64,000 bases of DNA from Octopus sinensis (lineage: Eukaryota): positions 62,001 to 126,000 of the forward strand of contig NW_021835998.1 of NCBI RefSeq assembly GCF_006345805.1. The letters are read 5' to 3'. A program made the translations under genes and the position numbers. This document shows, one piece after another, positions 38,939 to 51,658 of this stretch (positions within the stretch are counted from its first letter, which is position 1; every line of letters begins with the position of its first letter). The notes under the pieces are model-generated. The model worked only from the letters and a program-made list of their open reading frames with translations, made no database searches and was not told the DNA's origin.

Positions 38939-40025
38939 TGTCACGCGCCATAACTGAAACGGGCGCCAGACGTGTAACAATTTGGCCTTGCATTTTAACC
39001 TTCAAATGTCATTTAATTGTTGTCTGCCGGTAACTATTATTTTTGCGGTACTTTTGTCGAAGTGGTCGCAGTTTTTTTAGAAGATAATTAAAATTAATTA
39101 ATTTTTTTAGTGAAAAATAGATTATTTAATTTATAACCCTCTATCAATAATTTAAATGGTTATTAAATTATTTAAAAATTTATTTAACCAATTTAGTCAT
39201 TTTTAGTACGCGGCATCCAAATTCCAGGACTGTAGAAGGAATTTATGTCTTTTACAATCTGTGCAAAAGATTCCTTATAGTTCTGTATTTGTTTTCGCCA
39301 CATAAATTCTGAAAAAATAACTAACTAAAAAAACCTGCGAAATAAGATCCCAGATGATGTCTTACAGCTCCTCTTTGAGCTTTATTCTTGCATTTTGCAC
39401 TTCCCCACATTCGTTCTACTGTCTGGGTGTGCACTCCCGTCGTTGGATCCACAAAGAATTTTCTGAATATATTTTGCAGAAAATGCACTGCATCCTCCTT
39501 ACTTATTGGGAGCTGTCGGAATTTGATGTTGCATAAGTCCACAACAGAATTTTCCATGTGACCTATAGTGCCAGTTTATATCAATATTAGGTACATGCTC
39601 GCCATAATATTAAAAAAATTAGAAAATAAATTAGTAAAAAATTTAATAATATTTTAAATTATTGATAGAGCGACTTAAATAAAATATAATATATTCCACC
39701 TCAAAAATTATTAGATTTTTTAAAAGGCCTAAAAAAACTGCGACCACTTCGACAAAAGTACCATTTTTGCAAATGAGAATAGCTAATGCAGTCAAAGATG
39801 ATAATGAATATAATGATATTCTTCAGTATTTACAACATGAGAAATTTCTAGAGCGATTGTCAAGAACACAAAGATCAAGATTTTTACAAAAATGCAAGAA
39901 TTTCATTTTAATCGGAGGTATTTTCCTATCTCATTTCAGGAACACTTTATTTTAATGAAATAAATGGTGAAAATAAGCAAGTAATTTGCTTGAATGATCA
40001 CGAAACAACGATATCAATAACCCAC
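38939..40025 (+). mobile_element. 5' fragment of an integrase-type (Ginger-like) transposon, interrupted by Merlin
   Basis: TGTCACGCGCCA terminus; ORF EYNDILQYLQ..QRSRFLQKCKNFIL; 22-nt intron at 39918-39939. Confidence 0.55.
39047..39762 (-). mobile_element. Internally deleted Merlin (IS1016-like) element
   Basis: ~35-bp TIRs starting GGTACTTTTGTCGAAGTGGTCGCAG; 8-bp TSD ATTTTTGC; remnant FVDPTTGVHTQTVERMWG..HLGSYF. Confidence 0.92.
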
Positions 40026-42343
40026 CAGAACTATCAGCAATTGAAGACAACAAGGACGATTCTGAGTCTCCCACGTCTCTCACATCAGAAGCATTCGAAG
40101 AATCGGATGCTAAAACCATGCCACCTTTAAACTAAAATAAAACAGGATACCGTCTTGCGAAGATTCACTCTCAAATATCAATGCATTAGAAAAACGTTCT
40201 TCAAAAGACGATTCTCTGGGTAGACAAACATTTGAAGTATAAATGACTGAAAAATCAAATAAAACGGAATTACCTTCTTGTTCGCACTCAGAATTAGGAA
40301 TATAAGGACAATCAACTGCCAATTGATCAAGTTGGTCTATCGTGAGTTTGGTTGCCTCTTCATTCACAAAAGTCTCGCTGGATCCAGAAAATGTTAATTC
40401 ATGATTTGAAACACCATAGCAATCTAAAACTGTCATTTTACGAATTTTACCAGGAAAACCAATTAAACTCTTCAGACAGTCCGCAAACTCTGATGGAATA
40501 GAGGATGTGAGCTCGTTCAACTGTTCTTTGGTTCTCGAAACACGAGCATCCTCAATATTAAACTTGAAAAGCTCGTAGAGTTCAAGATACGAAAAGTGTC
40601 GATTAAGTAATGTATTTTCTGTATCCCCAGGGACAGTTACTCCTCGGTTTATAGTGTCTTTGAAAATTTGCCGACGATAAATAAACTCCTCGACGGTCCC
40701 ACAGCTAATTAGCCTATAAACCACCACTGGGCGGGTTTGACCGACTCTATGAGCCCTTCCAATGGCTTGACTATCACTAGCAGGATTCCAACTCGGATCG
40801 TCTTAAAATTAAACCCAAAATTGTTGTACATATCAAAACTCTGTCAGCAAAGGTCAAAGTGAGTCCAACTCCTCCAACCATCGTCGTTAAAAGCAAAAAA
40901 TTTGGGGATTTTACTGGATTTTGAAAGGCTTCCACAATTTCTCCTCTCCTTTCCATTTGGACATTTCCGTCCATTCGAAGTAATCGGTGACCCTGAAATG
41001 TTTTAAAAAACTCCAACTTGGCTAAGAAGAATCTTCTCAAGAATGTCAAGAACCTTCAGAGATCGAGAGAAAACGAGTGTCCGATGTCCATTTTTTGCTA
41101 AAGTGTTGAGCAATCGGACAGCAAATGCCAGTTTTCCAGATCCCTTGATGAGGGAAAGAGGATCAGGGGACTGCTGTTTCAACCGACGGTAACTTAAAAT
41201 CAACCAAAAAATAAACAGCAATTCCACATCAGGATCCCCATTGGACTCTTTAAGTAATGTTTCCACCACAGAAATATGAAGAAGGTCGGGATGGTCACAA
41301 AGTTTTTTCAAATTGACAATTTCAATGAGTGGGGACCTCGTTGAAGTCATTGACTGGGATTAAATCAAAAAATACCTCTCTGACTTGTTTGGAGGACAAT
41401 AATTGTTGATAGATTGATATTTGATGATCATTCAAAATGTCCAACATACCAAATCCAGTTTTGGTGGGATTTCAGACAGACCAGTCGATTTAAGTTCAAT
41501 TTGGTCTTTAGTTCTCCGCAGAATGAGAGGATCAACCATTTCCTTAAGTTTTCTAAGTCGAGTCTCTCCCAATCCTTGGACGACTGCACTCGTTCCTCGC
41601 TCATTTGCCTAAAATGAAAGAAAATAACGCACTCTGCTGATTTTTGTAGCGAAAGTTTCCTTAAAGTGCTTCATCGTCCACAATTGATGGGTTCCACTCG
41701 TCACAAAATCCACAAGTGCCCACAATTCCTAAAATAGCCTAAAATTAAGACCATAAGATTGTTCTGCAAAGGTGTCCCAGTGAGGGCTAATCGTCGATGA
41801 CTCTTCAAAGAATTGAGAATTTTAGCAGATTTTGTTTGATTTCGGAGAACATGTGCCTCATCCACTACGATCAAGTCCTAAAATGGGAAAAAAACAGTAC
41901 AAAAAATGTGTTTCTCAGATTGTCTGCAGAGTTGAGGACTGTGGCGTAGGTCGTCAAAAGAACCCCCCGACGATTCAAAAAACGACGGAAATATTCTAGC
42001 TTTTCTCTTCCGTAGAATTTATAATATGGAAATGTAGTTTTCCTGGAAATAATGTTAAGAAATAACAGACCATTTAGAAATTTCATTTTCCCAATTCTTG
42101 AGGAGATTGGCAGGAACAATTATTAGAATGCGAAGAGAAGTGTCTTCTTCATATAGAGACTGGATGTATACGATAGCTTGAAGAGTTTTTCCGAGTCTGG
42201 ATTAGTTAATATGGAAAATACCCCATCTCATCACCCAGGATTGCGCCTTTTGATTTTTGTAAGGTCTTTTGCATCCATAAAACACCGTCTCGTTGGTAAT
42301 CAAATAGTTTTTTGATTATAGAATCACAACAACGCATTTCCAT
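39952..42343 (-). CDS. ERCC6L: SNF2-family helicase ERCC6L/PICH, about 10 exons; 3' end uncertain
   Basis: [34 protein letters not shown]...[38 protein letters not shown]; introns 22-28 nt. Confidence 0.85.
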
Positions 42344-42822
42344 ATTATAATATGATCCCGCGTAGTTTAATTATTATATAATGTGATATAATAAAAATAT
42401 ATTATTTAACTGTTTTCATAAAAATTTAAACAAATTACACGTCTTCTTTTAAATTTGATTTTGAACCTCCATGTAGCCTTTTGTCACTAGAAACAATTTT
42501 CATTTGGTGTTGAGAGTCTCACTTCTTAGCACTACATTCTTTTTCTTTGAGCGCATTTAAAAATTGCCTACAATACCATTTTACGTTAGCACCATAGGTA
42601 CAATGTTCAACTTAGCATTATGAAATCTAATTCATTTTCCCGTTTCAACTTGTTTCAATAGTTATCCAAACTTCAATTGAGGTTTTCGTCTTTTTATTTT
42701 ATCTAACATAAAAATAATCAGTTTATTGTTCTGGCAATTGACATCGGTGAAATATATTGTATAGAAACTGTATTCACAGAAGTATTATGAAGAATATACC
42801 ATTTCTCATACTAAATGGGATT

Positions 42823-42963
42823 AACAAGAAACTAAGTAAAATCAATAGAAAATTAAATGAAATCAATGACAAACGACGTATGATTACCAGAAAACTAAGT
42901 GGCCTCAATAGAAAACTAAGTGGAATTAATACTAAGCTAAATAAGATTAACACCAAAAAATTA
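42823..42963 (+). repeat. 21-nt tandem repeat (~6.7 units) encoding heptads NxKLxxI
   Basis: Units such as AATAGAAAACTAAGTGGAATT; the frame is open across the array (ORF 42757-42978). Confidence 0.75.
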
Positions 42964-42999
42964 TTTTTTAAAATTTAATTATTATTATTATTATTGAAC

Positions 43000-43540
43000 C
43001 AGAAAACCACCGTCATAGCCAAAAGAAAGAAGAATTCAGGTGATCCCAGCCTCCCCCAGCAGTTCGCGCAGCCTCTCCCGATGTTCCGCTGTTGTCCTTT
43101 TCGCACGGTCTCTGTTGTTCCAGGCTTTCGGGATAATCTTTTTTTCGGAGAAAGTATTCAGCAGGGCTTTCACCCGAATTTTGTCGATTTTTATATTGTG
43201 TTTCCAGATTCCGATCCGATCGTAGGTTCCAGATTTATTATATATGTTGTTTAGGCCATATAGGCCTTTGCATTCTCCTGCGTTCTTCAGGAAGGCATTC
43301 AGGAAGTTAATCTTTCTTGCACCGGCCATAACTACATTTTCGACGTGGGTTGAGAAGGTTAGAAAGGTGTCGAATGTAACACCAAGAATCTTCTGGGTTT
43401 TGCTCTGCGGTATAATTTCCCCGTCTAACTTCGCTTCAATTGAGACTTTCCCAAGCCTTCTGTTTTTCGTAAACAGAGTCAAAATAGATTTTTCCAAACT
43501 TGCCTCCAGTTCGTTTTTATATAGCCATGTCAACCATATT
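43000..43540 (-). mobile_element. LINE RT 3' fragment
   Basis: Encodes KILGVTFDTFLTFSTHV. Confidence 0.7.
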
Positions 43541-43710
43541 TAATGCTTCAGCAATATTTCTCTATATTCAAAGCATAAAGCTTAAATAATCTTTAGATAT
43601 AATTGATTTTATTCTATCTACAATTATTCTTACAATTATCCGTATCGAATACTCTTTAATTGACAAAACTTCTCCTTTTTGGAATAAAATTTGATTTTTA
43701 AAGACGGAAA

Positions 43711-43865
43711 ACTTGGAGACGTTGGAGACGACGTCGGGTGCTCTTGGTATGAAGACGGAAAACTTCCTCCGCAAGCTCGGGGTAAAAATATCCATGCGCA
43801 CTCATGATCCTCTGGAGGTGGACTGGCCTTTCCAGCGGTTTGGCGATTCGTCAGGCCGCTGGCTA
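43711..43865 (+). mobile_element. CRE-like 3'-end fragment, same family as 4735-4915
   Basis: Direct nucleotide match to the 3' end of the 2150-4950 copy. Confidence 0.8.
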
Positions 43866-44505
43866 AAAAAACGCAAATAAGTCTTATAAATATGTGACAA
43901 AATTTTCCAAGAAAAATGATTTCATCACACAGAATAAGGTTTTCAATTTTCAGACTATCTTTAAAAACAATTAAAAAAATATATTCTATTATTTAATGTC
44001 ATTAGAGCTGTATCGACTAAGAATCGGTACCGTTAAATTATGAAAAACTAAAAATACATTTCATAATAGTACATAAAATATATTTTAAATGAAAAACGTC
44101 GACATACGGCGCATATCGCTGAAAGAGTTGGATTTGGTGAAATAATTCAAATTTATGGAGATCTCATAAAACTGAACCTGTCCAATTTCTATTCCATGAG
44201 ATAAATTTTATGCGGTATGACACTGACACCAGTTACGTTAAGAAAAGTCGTTTTAAAATTAAATAGAGCTGCCGATTCCAAAATATTTTGTGAGAAAACG
44301 AGGAGTCAAATTAGATAACAGAAATAGAATTTTTGGTAAAATTCACTCCAGAATTGGCTTTCAAACAAAATCAAGTTTTGATTTGTTTTTTTATGTTTTG
44401 GATGAATTTGAAACCGAACTAAGCATTGAGGACGCTGTGAAAACAATTCAGACTAGCAAAATGGCTCGTCAAACTAGAATTCGAGTAACATTCATGCTCT
44501 AAAAT

Positions 44506-44788
44506 CAGCGGTTTTCAACCGGGGATTTGTATATCTTGATAAATCGATTTTGCTTGCCTCTTATAAAGTGGCCTAAAGCCATTAATTGTTTAGTTTTGTT
44601 CTTGTGTTATTGTATACTTTTGTTAATTTAAACTTTATTGTGTTTAATGTTAAATTTTTAATTTTTTTCGATTAACAAACTTCTGGTTAAATAAAAAATA
44701 ATAATATAAATAGAAAATGTTCTGGGAATGCGAGAGTTTGTAAAAAAATATTTAGGGATGCGAACTCTAAAAATGTTGGGAACCCCTG
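44506..44788. mobile_element. hAT-type MITE
   Basis: Imperfect TIRs CAGCGGTTTTCAAC / CAGGGGTTCCCAAC; flanks CTCTAAAAT / CTCTAAAT. Confidence 0.65.
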
Positions 44789-45949
44789 CTCTAAATATAA
44801 AGAAAAAAAGAAAAGAAGCGTTTGGCAGAAAGAATATAAATAAAATATATTCATTTGATCAGGCGGACTCGATTATCAATTTATTCATTTAACCCCATTT
44901 TCCCTGAAGTTGGGAGAAATGCGGCACCAAAAAAACCGACAGACTTCTTAGTGTCACACCATAAGTTAAGGAGGAAACTTGATTATCAAAAAAGCGCGAT
45001 ATTTAAAAATTAATAAAGAGATCTTTCTTGAAATAGTGATATTTATAAAATTAAAATTTCAGATTAAAAGTGAACTCCAGGACAAAGAACAAAATAAAGG
45101 TTTGGAAGTAATGGAAATTCGAAAGACAGTTCAGGATACTAATAAACAGAAAAACGGCAATCAAAATTCTTTGTCAGAACCACGACGATTCCCATCAATC
45201 TTCTACAGAAAGGAATCATTTTCCAGATGCTATAGATGAAGGACGTAGTGAGATTTTCTGTGACTCCAGAGGTTTCAATTGAGGCGGTTTTGAACAAGTC
45301 GTCAGTAAATCTGAAACAATAGTTTCATCAATTGTCATTGAAATTATCAAAATTATATACTTATTAATTTAATAGATTGCGCTTTGTGTCTATATTCTTG
45401 TTATGAATATTTAAAATTTTATCGTTAGGGAAAGTTTTAACTGAAACTTGAAATTTTTTAATTTTATCAAAAAACTGTTTTTGAAAATATTTTAAAAATC
45501 TACACTCATGAAACATTGGAAATATTTTAATATTAGTGTATAATAAAAATTTATAAACTTATATTTATTTCTTGTTTGATTTGTATTTTTCTTTATTTCT
45601 ATATTTTTGGTTTGTTTTTCAAGAATACAAAGTTGTGTAATTTTATCGATAAAATCATCGGGAGGAGAACTGAATGGGTCTTCAAAACTATATTGTAGTA
45701 AAATACAGTCTTTATATATTATTGAAATTATAACTTTGAGTCGTTTTTTTGATCGCAATTTTAATTTTTTGATTGAGTGGAGTACTTGAATCAAATATTT
45801 TTGAAAACTGATTCAGATTAGTTTTTATCGAATCCTTATGTGCTTATAAATGTAGGTAAAAGTAAAACTACTTTGAAGTTTTATTCAATTTTAATGTTTC
45901 AAAATTTATTGAATTGAAAAATAAAAATCCATGTTAAAGTAATTAATTA

Positions 45950-46640
45950 ATTAGCTTAATCTTCTCTTTTTGGGCCCATAATCCAGTGACCGTATGGGTA
46001 AGTTCTCGTCGAAGCACACTCCACATTCTGAGGCTGCCCTTGGTTGACATTCCGTTTCAGCTTTCTCCTCACTAGGCATCGATATACCATGCCTCTCTTC
46101 AGCCTGCATGCTCTCCAATGTCTTCCTCAGAACCACTGTCTGAATACTCTCACTCTTTCTTCCAGCTTGAGGACATCAAGATGACCCTTGAAAAATCTTG
46201 AGACAATTCCATCCCAGGTCATTACAACAGGGATTACTTTCACTTTTGCGTGATGAATTGCTTCAAGTTTATTTGCCAATAAGTCATATTTGTGGAACTT
46301 CTCAACTTCGACCTGCTTAAGGTAATTTTGCGAAGTAATCCCAACTTCGATAAGAGTGATTGTATTCCTCACTTTGTCATGGACAAATATATCAGGTTTG
46401 TTATTTGCCACAGCTGTATCCGTACTAATCGTAGTATCCACACGAATCTCCACAAATTCATTGCTAACAACAGATTGAACTGAGTGTGTCTTTAGTCTCT
46501 TAGTTTTCCTTATTCCATATTGACGACAGAGATGTAAGTGAATACATCTGACTACTTCGTTATGCCGTCTAAGATATGAGCTATTCAGCATTCTCCCGCA
46601 CCTAGTTGCAAGGTGATCAATTAATGTTTCAATATGATCA
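45950..46640 (-). mobile_element. R4-like 3' fragment (CCHC + REL)
   Basis: DHLATRC, RHNE, NKPD, IEVG, TWDGIVS; TAAT-rich tail. Confidence 0.88.
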
Positions 46641-47897
46641 CATTTTGAACAATTTAACAAGTTTTTAAATATTAACAAATTTGAAAACATTGAAACCATT
46701 TTATTTTTTTCCGAATTTTTGTATAACTGACATTATAAAAATAAAACTGAAATAATGATAGGCCAGGTAGGTAACGACTAATCTTACCATAACTCATACA
46801 GTTTACATAAAAATGCATCAAATCATGATGAATACTTAGTACTAACATGAAGTGGCTTAAAATCTATTCTTTTAAATAATAAAACCAGATATCAATACGA
46901 ATTAATTGCCGCTACAATTCATTGATTTTAAATAATTTAAATAATTTCAAAAAATATAAATGCAATAAGAATGACCGGAATTCTACCATTTAATTAAATC
47001 ATAATGCTTGCGCGAGAAATTCCTGAGCAAAATGTCATATCTTATGAATAATGGTTTTTAGAAATCTATATTAACTGTTAAATCGCTAATTGTCCTGTCG
47101 TGTTAATTAGAATGAAACGAAATAGCTCCATTGTTTATAAAAAAAATAACTCCTTGAAGTTTAAGCATAACAATTTCCCATTAAGAGCACGAAAGACAGA
47201 AGAAGTAACGTTTCGTGATTCTGACACGCACGAGGAGACTCCTTATTTCGGCCTGATTTTCCTCTTGAGTACCCGCGCAAGCACGTAGTGGTCGTGATTT
47301 CTTCATGTCTTCATCTGATCGTCTATATAGTATCAAAAGGTTTTCCATGTTCGTATGTGTCAAAAGCTTGCATTTTTTTGAACGCTCCGTGAATGCTAGA
47401 GTTCTTTTCAGGCTTGCTTCACTTTTCCGTTTATTAACCAGAAAATGGAGTTGCCACATACCATGCATGCAAGAAAGAAGGCGCGGTACAGCTAGTTTTC
47501 ATATATGACAAAGAGGGTTAGTTCGGTACGAAGAAGAGTAAATACTTTATCGAACAGTTGGAAAAAAGACGTTTGCATTGAAATTGGCTTACAGGTTACA
47601 ACTTGACGGACGGCTAAAAGACTCGCAAGAATCCTCTATGCCCAAATGATCCTGGAACTTCGGTGCCTTTTTTATCTCCTCGTTAGTGATTTTTCTTTGT
47701 TTTTTTGGTTTTGATTTTTTGGGCAATAAATAAAAAAAATTTCGCTGTATGATAGGGTCCAATTTTGGAATATGGCCAAATAGATTCAAGCGCGAGTTCG
47801 TAAGCACTTTATTTAGAGGGCCCGTAGATCAAATTACTTACAAAATATAGTATATTAATATTTATTAAGAAATATTTTAAACTTTTAATTTTTTAGC

Positions 47898-48978
47898 ATG
47901 GATCACACAGTGTCAACTTTAACATTAAATAAACAAAAATCATCTCCACATCCTTGTGTTATTTCTACTTGTCCTATTAACCAAGATACAATAAATAGTT
48001 TTATATGCGGATCATACCAATTGAATGAGGCTTTTTTAAAAATATAACATTTATAGGGAATATATAAAGGACAACTATATGTTTATACAATATATCAAAT
48101 TTAGAACCGATTTACTCTTTACCAACTTCTGCCATTCTCGATATTTGTTGGCGAGAAAAAAAGAGTCAATTTATCTCAATTGACGCTAATGGTCACGTTT
48201 GTGGCTATAAAGTGGACGAAGAAATGATTAGTCGACTTTTTTCCACTCAATTAAACGATAAACATCTTTTGTCATTAGACATTGATTCCCGAGACATGCT
48301 TATATCCTCAGATTTACACGGCCGTGTTCACTATTGCCAACTTGGCCAGGATTGTGTTACTATAAATACATTTTCATTACATAATTCTCAGATTTGGAAG
48401 GTTCATTTTGATTCTGACAGTAATTTGTTTTACTCGGGTTTGTTTTTGAAATCAATATTTACTAAGGTGACGACGAAGGTCTTTTAAAACTTTCTGATCT
48501 AAGGGTTGGTAGTAACCCGCAAGTATCATATCGAAAGTTGATCTTTCATTTTTATATTCTAGATATAAATATGGAGTTTGTGGGATTCTATGTTCTGGAA
48601 ATACATTATACACAGGAGGGTAAGGGCGGGAATCATTTTTTAGATACGATCAATGTTTGAATATTCTTGACAAAAGGAATTTCTCGGGAGAACATACATC
48701 TTCTACTAATTTAGGAGGAGGTGTGTGGGGGTTAAAGTTTTGCCCGTCCAACCCTCACATTCTTTTAGTGTCTGTTACTCATTCTGGATTGAGAGTAATT
48801 GACGTGTCAGATCCAGGTTTTTTTGAATATTTTTTTCTTAGCTTAAACGAATGTTACTGTTGGATATTTAGAACATGAGACATTGGTATATGTTTGTGAC
48901 TGGGCGACGCCTAACAAGGTTATTTCTGCATCTTTCTATGACAACGATATTCGTTTGTGGGAGCTGGTTGATGTATAA
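47898..48978 (+). CDS. DPH7: Diphthine methyltransferase-like WD40 protein (DPH7/WDR85); apparent frameshift near 48090
   Basis: CGSYQL, TSAILDICW, YSGDDEG, TGGYDQ, LGGGVWGLK, HSG, LVYVCDW, SFYD; GC-AG intron 48030-48056 plus short GT-AG introns. Confidence 0.8.
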
Positions 48979-49592
48979 ATTGAAAATAAACTGTTCTTGA
49001 GATTTATAGTCGCGAATTCTCAATTTTTGATATTATTCTGAATAAATGGACCTATTTATTAAAAATAATTTTATTTAAGTAGAATTCATAAAATTTTTGA
49101 GTATCTATGATAAAAATAAAATTTATCCTACATAATTTTGAATTGTAGGCCTTTCCGATCTATATTAGATTTGTGCTAATTAATGTTTAATTTGTGCTCG
49201 TATTTAACATTCTACTCACATTAATTCCAATTAAAGTCGAATTAAATTAGAATAATTATTATTAGTGAATAAATAAATGGTTTAGACGTGTAAAAAAATA
49301 AATATTTTTTTAGAAAAAATAAAAAAAAAACCCCACGCATAAAATTGAAAGAAAAACAACTAAAAATACACTAAAAATTTATTACCGAGCTGATAATTTA
49401 TCGGACGAAATCCGAAAACAGAAATATAAAATAAATGGCCAATCAGAAAAAACAAAGCACCAAATTCAAAGAAATTTACCGCGAGAACGGCATCCCCAAG
49501 ACTCGCGGAAAACAATCCAATTGCAATACACAAAGAATAATTAAAATTTGACTTGAATCCTTTTATTATTACAAATATGACTAAAATATATA

Positions 49593-51658
49593 CAGTTTAC
49601 CCTCTATTGCTCGCCAATTCTATTGCTCGCCATTTCTATAACTCGCCACTTTTTTGGAAAAAATGCCATTTTTACTAAGGAAATTCCATTGCTCCCAAAT
49701 TCTCTTACTCGCCACGTTTTAGTATTAAAAAATTAAAATTTATTATTAAAAAAAATAATTTTTTCAAATATTTATACCGCGTGGTTTTTTTGTAACATGA
49801 GGAAGTGCTCAAGATTATCCTATGATCAAAAAAGAGAAATTATAAATTATCTTATTGATAATTCTTCTCTAAGTCTAAGGCGTGTTTCAGAAATTTTTTC
49901 GTCGCGTTTCAAAAAATCAATTTCGAGACGTGCAATTAACGATCTTAAATTGAACAAACAGAAGATTCTTGGAATTAATCCAATTTATGGGAGAAGTTCT
50001 CGTTTTTCGAAACTTAGATATTCAGCAATTGATTCTGAAATCATTGCCTGGATAGATTACATGGAATCTATTGGAGCTTGCCTCAATGATGAGATAATTT
50101 TGTCGAAAGCAACTGAAATTGCTGCGTTAAACGGTCTCTTCGAATTTAAAGCCAGTAAAGGATGGCTTGAAAAGTTCAAAAAAAGGCACAATGTAAAACT
50201 AAGAATTTTTCATGGTGAATTGGGATATACTGCGGATGAGTTCAAAGACCAAATCGAAGACTTTGGATGAACATGGAAATATTCAACGAATGGTTGTATA
50301 ATTGGAACAAGACTCTCAAACAAAAACAAAAAAAGATACTTTTGGTTGTAGACCATTGTCCTTCGCATAGAATAACAATCGAATTAAGTATGATAGAAGT
50401 TTTATATTTACCAAAAAACACGACTACTGTGCTTCAACCGATGGATCAAGGAATCATTAGATCATTCAAATCTCATTTCAACAAATTTAAATTTAAACAT
50501 ATAATTGAACAAATAAACTACGGTGACGCAACTATTGAATGCTATAAAAAATTAACCCTGAAAGATGCAGTCTTATTTTCTTATCTAGCCTGAAAAGATG
50601 TGTCAGTGGATACAATATCAAAATGTTTTCAGCACGCCAAATGGGAAAACAGAATTGAAGAACCTATTATGGGAGACCATAAAATAAAAATTTCGAACAA
50701 ATTATAGAAAAATTAATGATCACAGATCCCATAAAAGAGGAGGAGTTTATAGACTTTACGTACTCTGAAAATGACGAACTTCATGAATTTGTTCAAAACA
50801 ATAACTATGAAAATAACGATGAAAATGCAATTTTAGACAGTTCAATTACTGAAGATTGTGAAAGAAACAACTGTATTACACATCGAGATGCGATAAAATG
50901 TATTTCGGACCTCAAAAAATATTTTTCACATGACGATAATTTTGATGTGAATATGCTAGAAAGTTTATTAAAAATGCAAAAAAATATAGAGAAAAGATCA
51001 TACAAAAAACTATAAATGATTACTTTACTTAAAATTTTGGTTTTTTAAATAAATGTTTCGGCTATTTATTTAAATGTTTAGATAGTTAAAAATTATAGAA
51101 ATTTTTTGTTGATAGAAAATGTGACCTGTTCATAATGAGATACGGTTGAATACGAGCCGTTAAAAAGATCGATAATTAATATACCGATTCAAAAGGCCAA
51201 TTACAATAAAGGCAAACGTTCCGAACTAATGATTGAACTTTAAATTTTTGACAAAATGATGTTTTATATTTGAACCATGTTTGCTTTAAAATAGTAAAAT
51301 TATTTACAACATTAGCAAATTATAATGTGAATTATTTTTATTTTTGATATTATAAATTGCAACATTAGCAAATTACAAGTTTGTAACAACTTTAACTCTA
51401 ATCTTAACTTTAACTCTAACTATAAATGATTTCAACGTTATTTATAAACATATTCATCATAAAAAAGACACTAAAGAAAACAGACCCTAACCCTAATCCC
51501 TGACCCTGACGCTAACCCTGACGCTAACCCTGACGCTAACCCTGACCCTAACCCTGACCCTAACCCTGACCCTAACCCTGACCCTAACCCTGACCCTGAT
51601 TCTCTTAGTCGCCAATTTTGGCTTGGTCCCAAAATGGCGAGCAATAGAGGGAAGACTG
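49593..51658 (+). mobile_element. pogo/Tigger-like element with an internal deletion
   Basis: TIRs CAGT(TTA/CTT)CCCTCTATTGCTCGCCA with TA TSDs; CENP-B HTH (FKASKGWLEKFKKRH) and partial DDE_1 (LLVVDHCPSH, LPKNTT..LQPMDQGII). Confidence 0.92.
51485..51599 (+). repeat. Telomere-like hexamer array (CCCTAA/CCCTGA/CGCTAA), 19 units
   Basis: Read directly; mostly alternating TAA/TGA units giving a 12-bp period. Confidence 0.95.
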
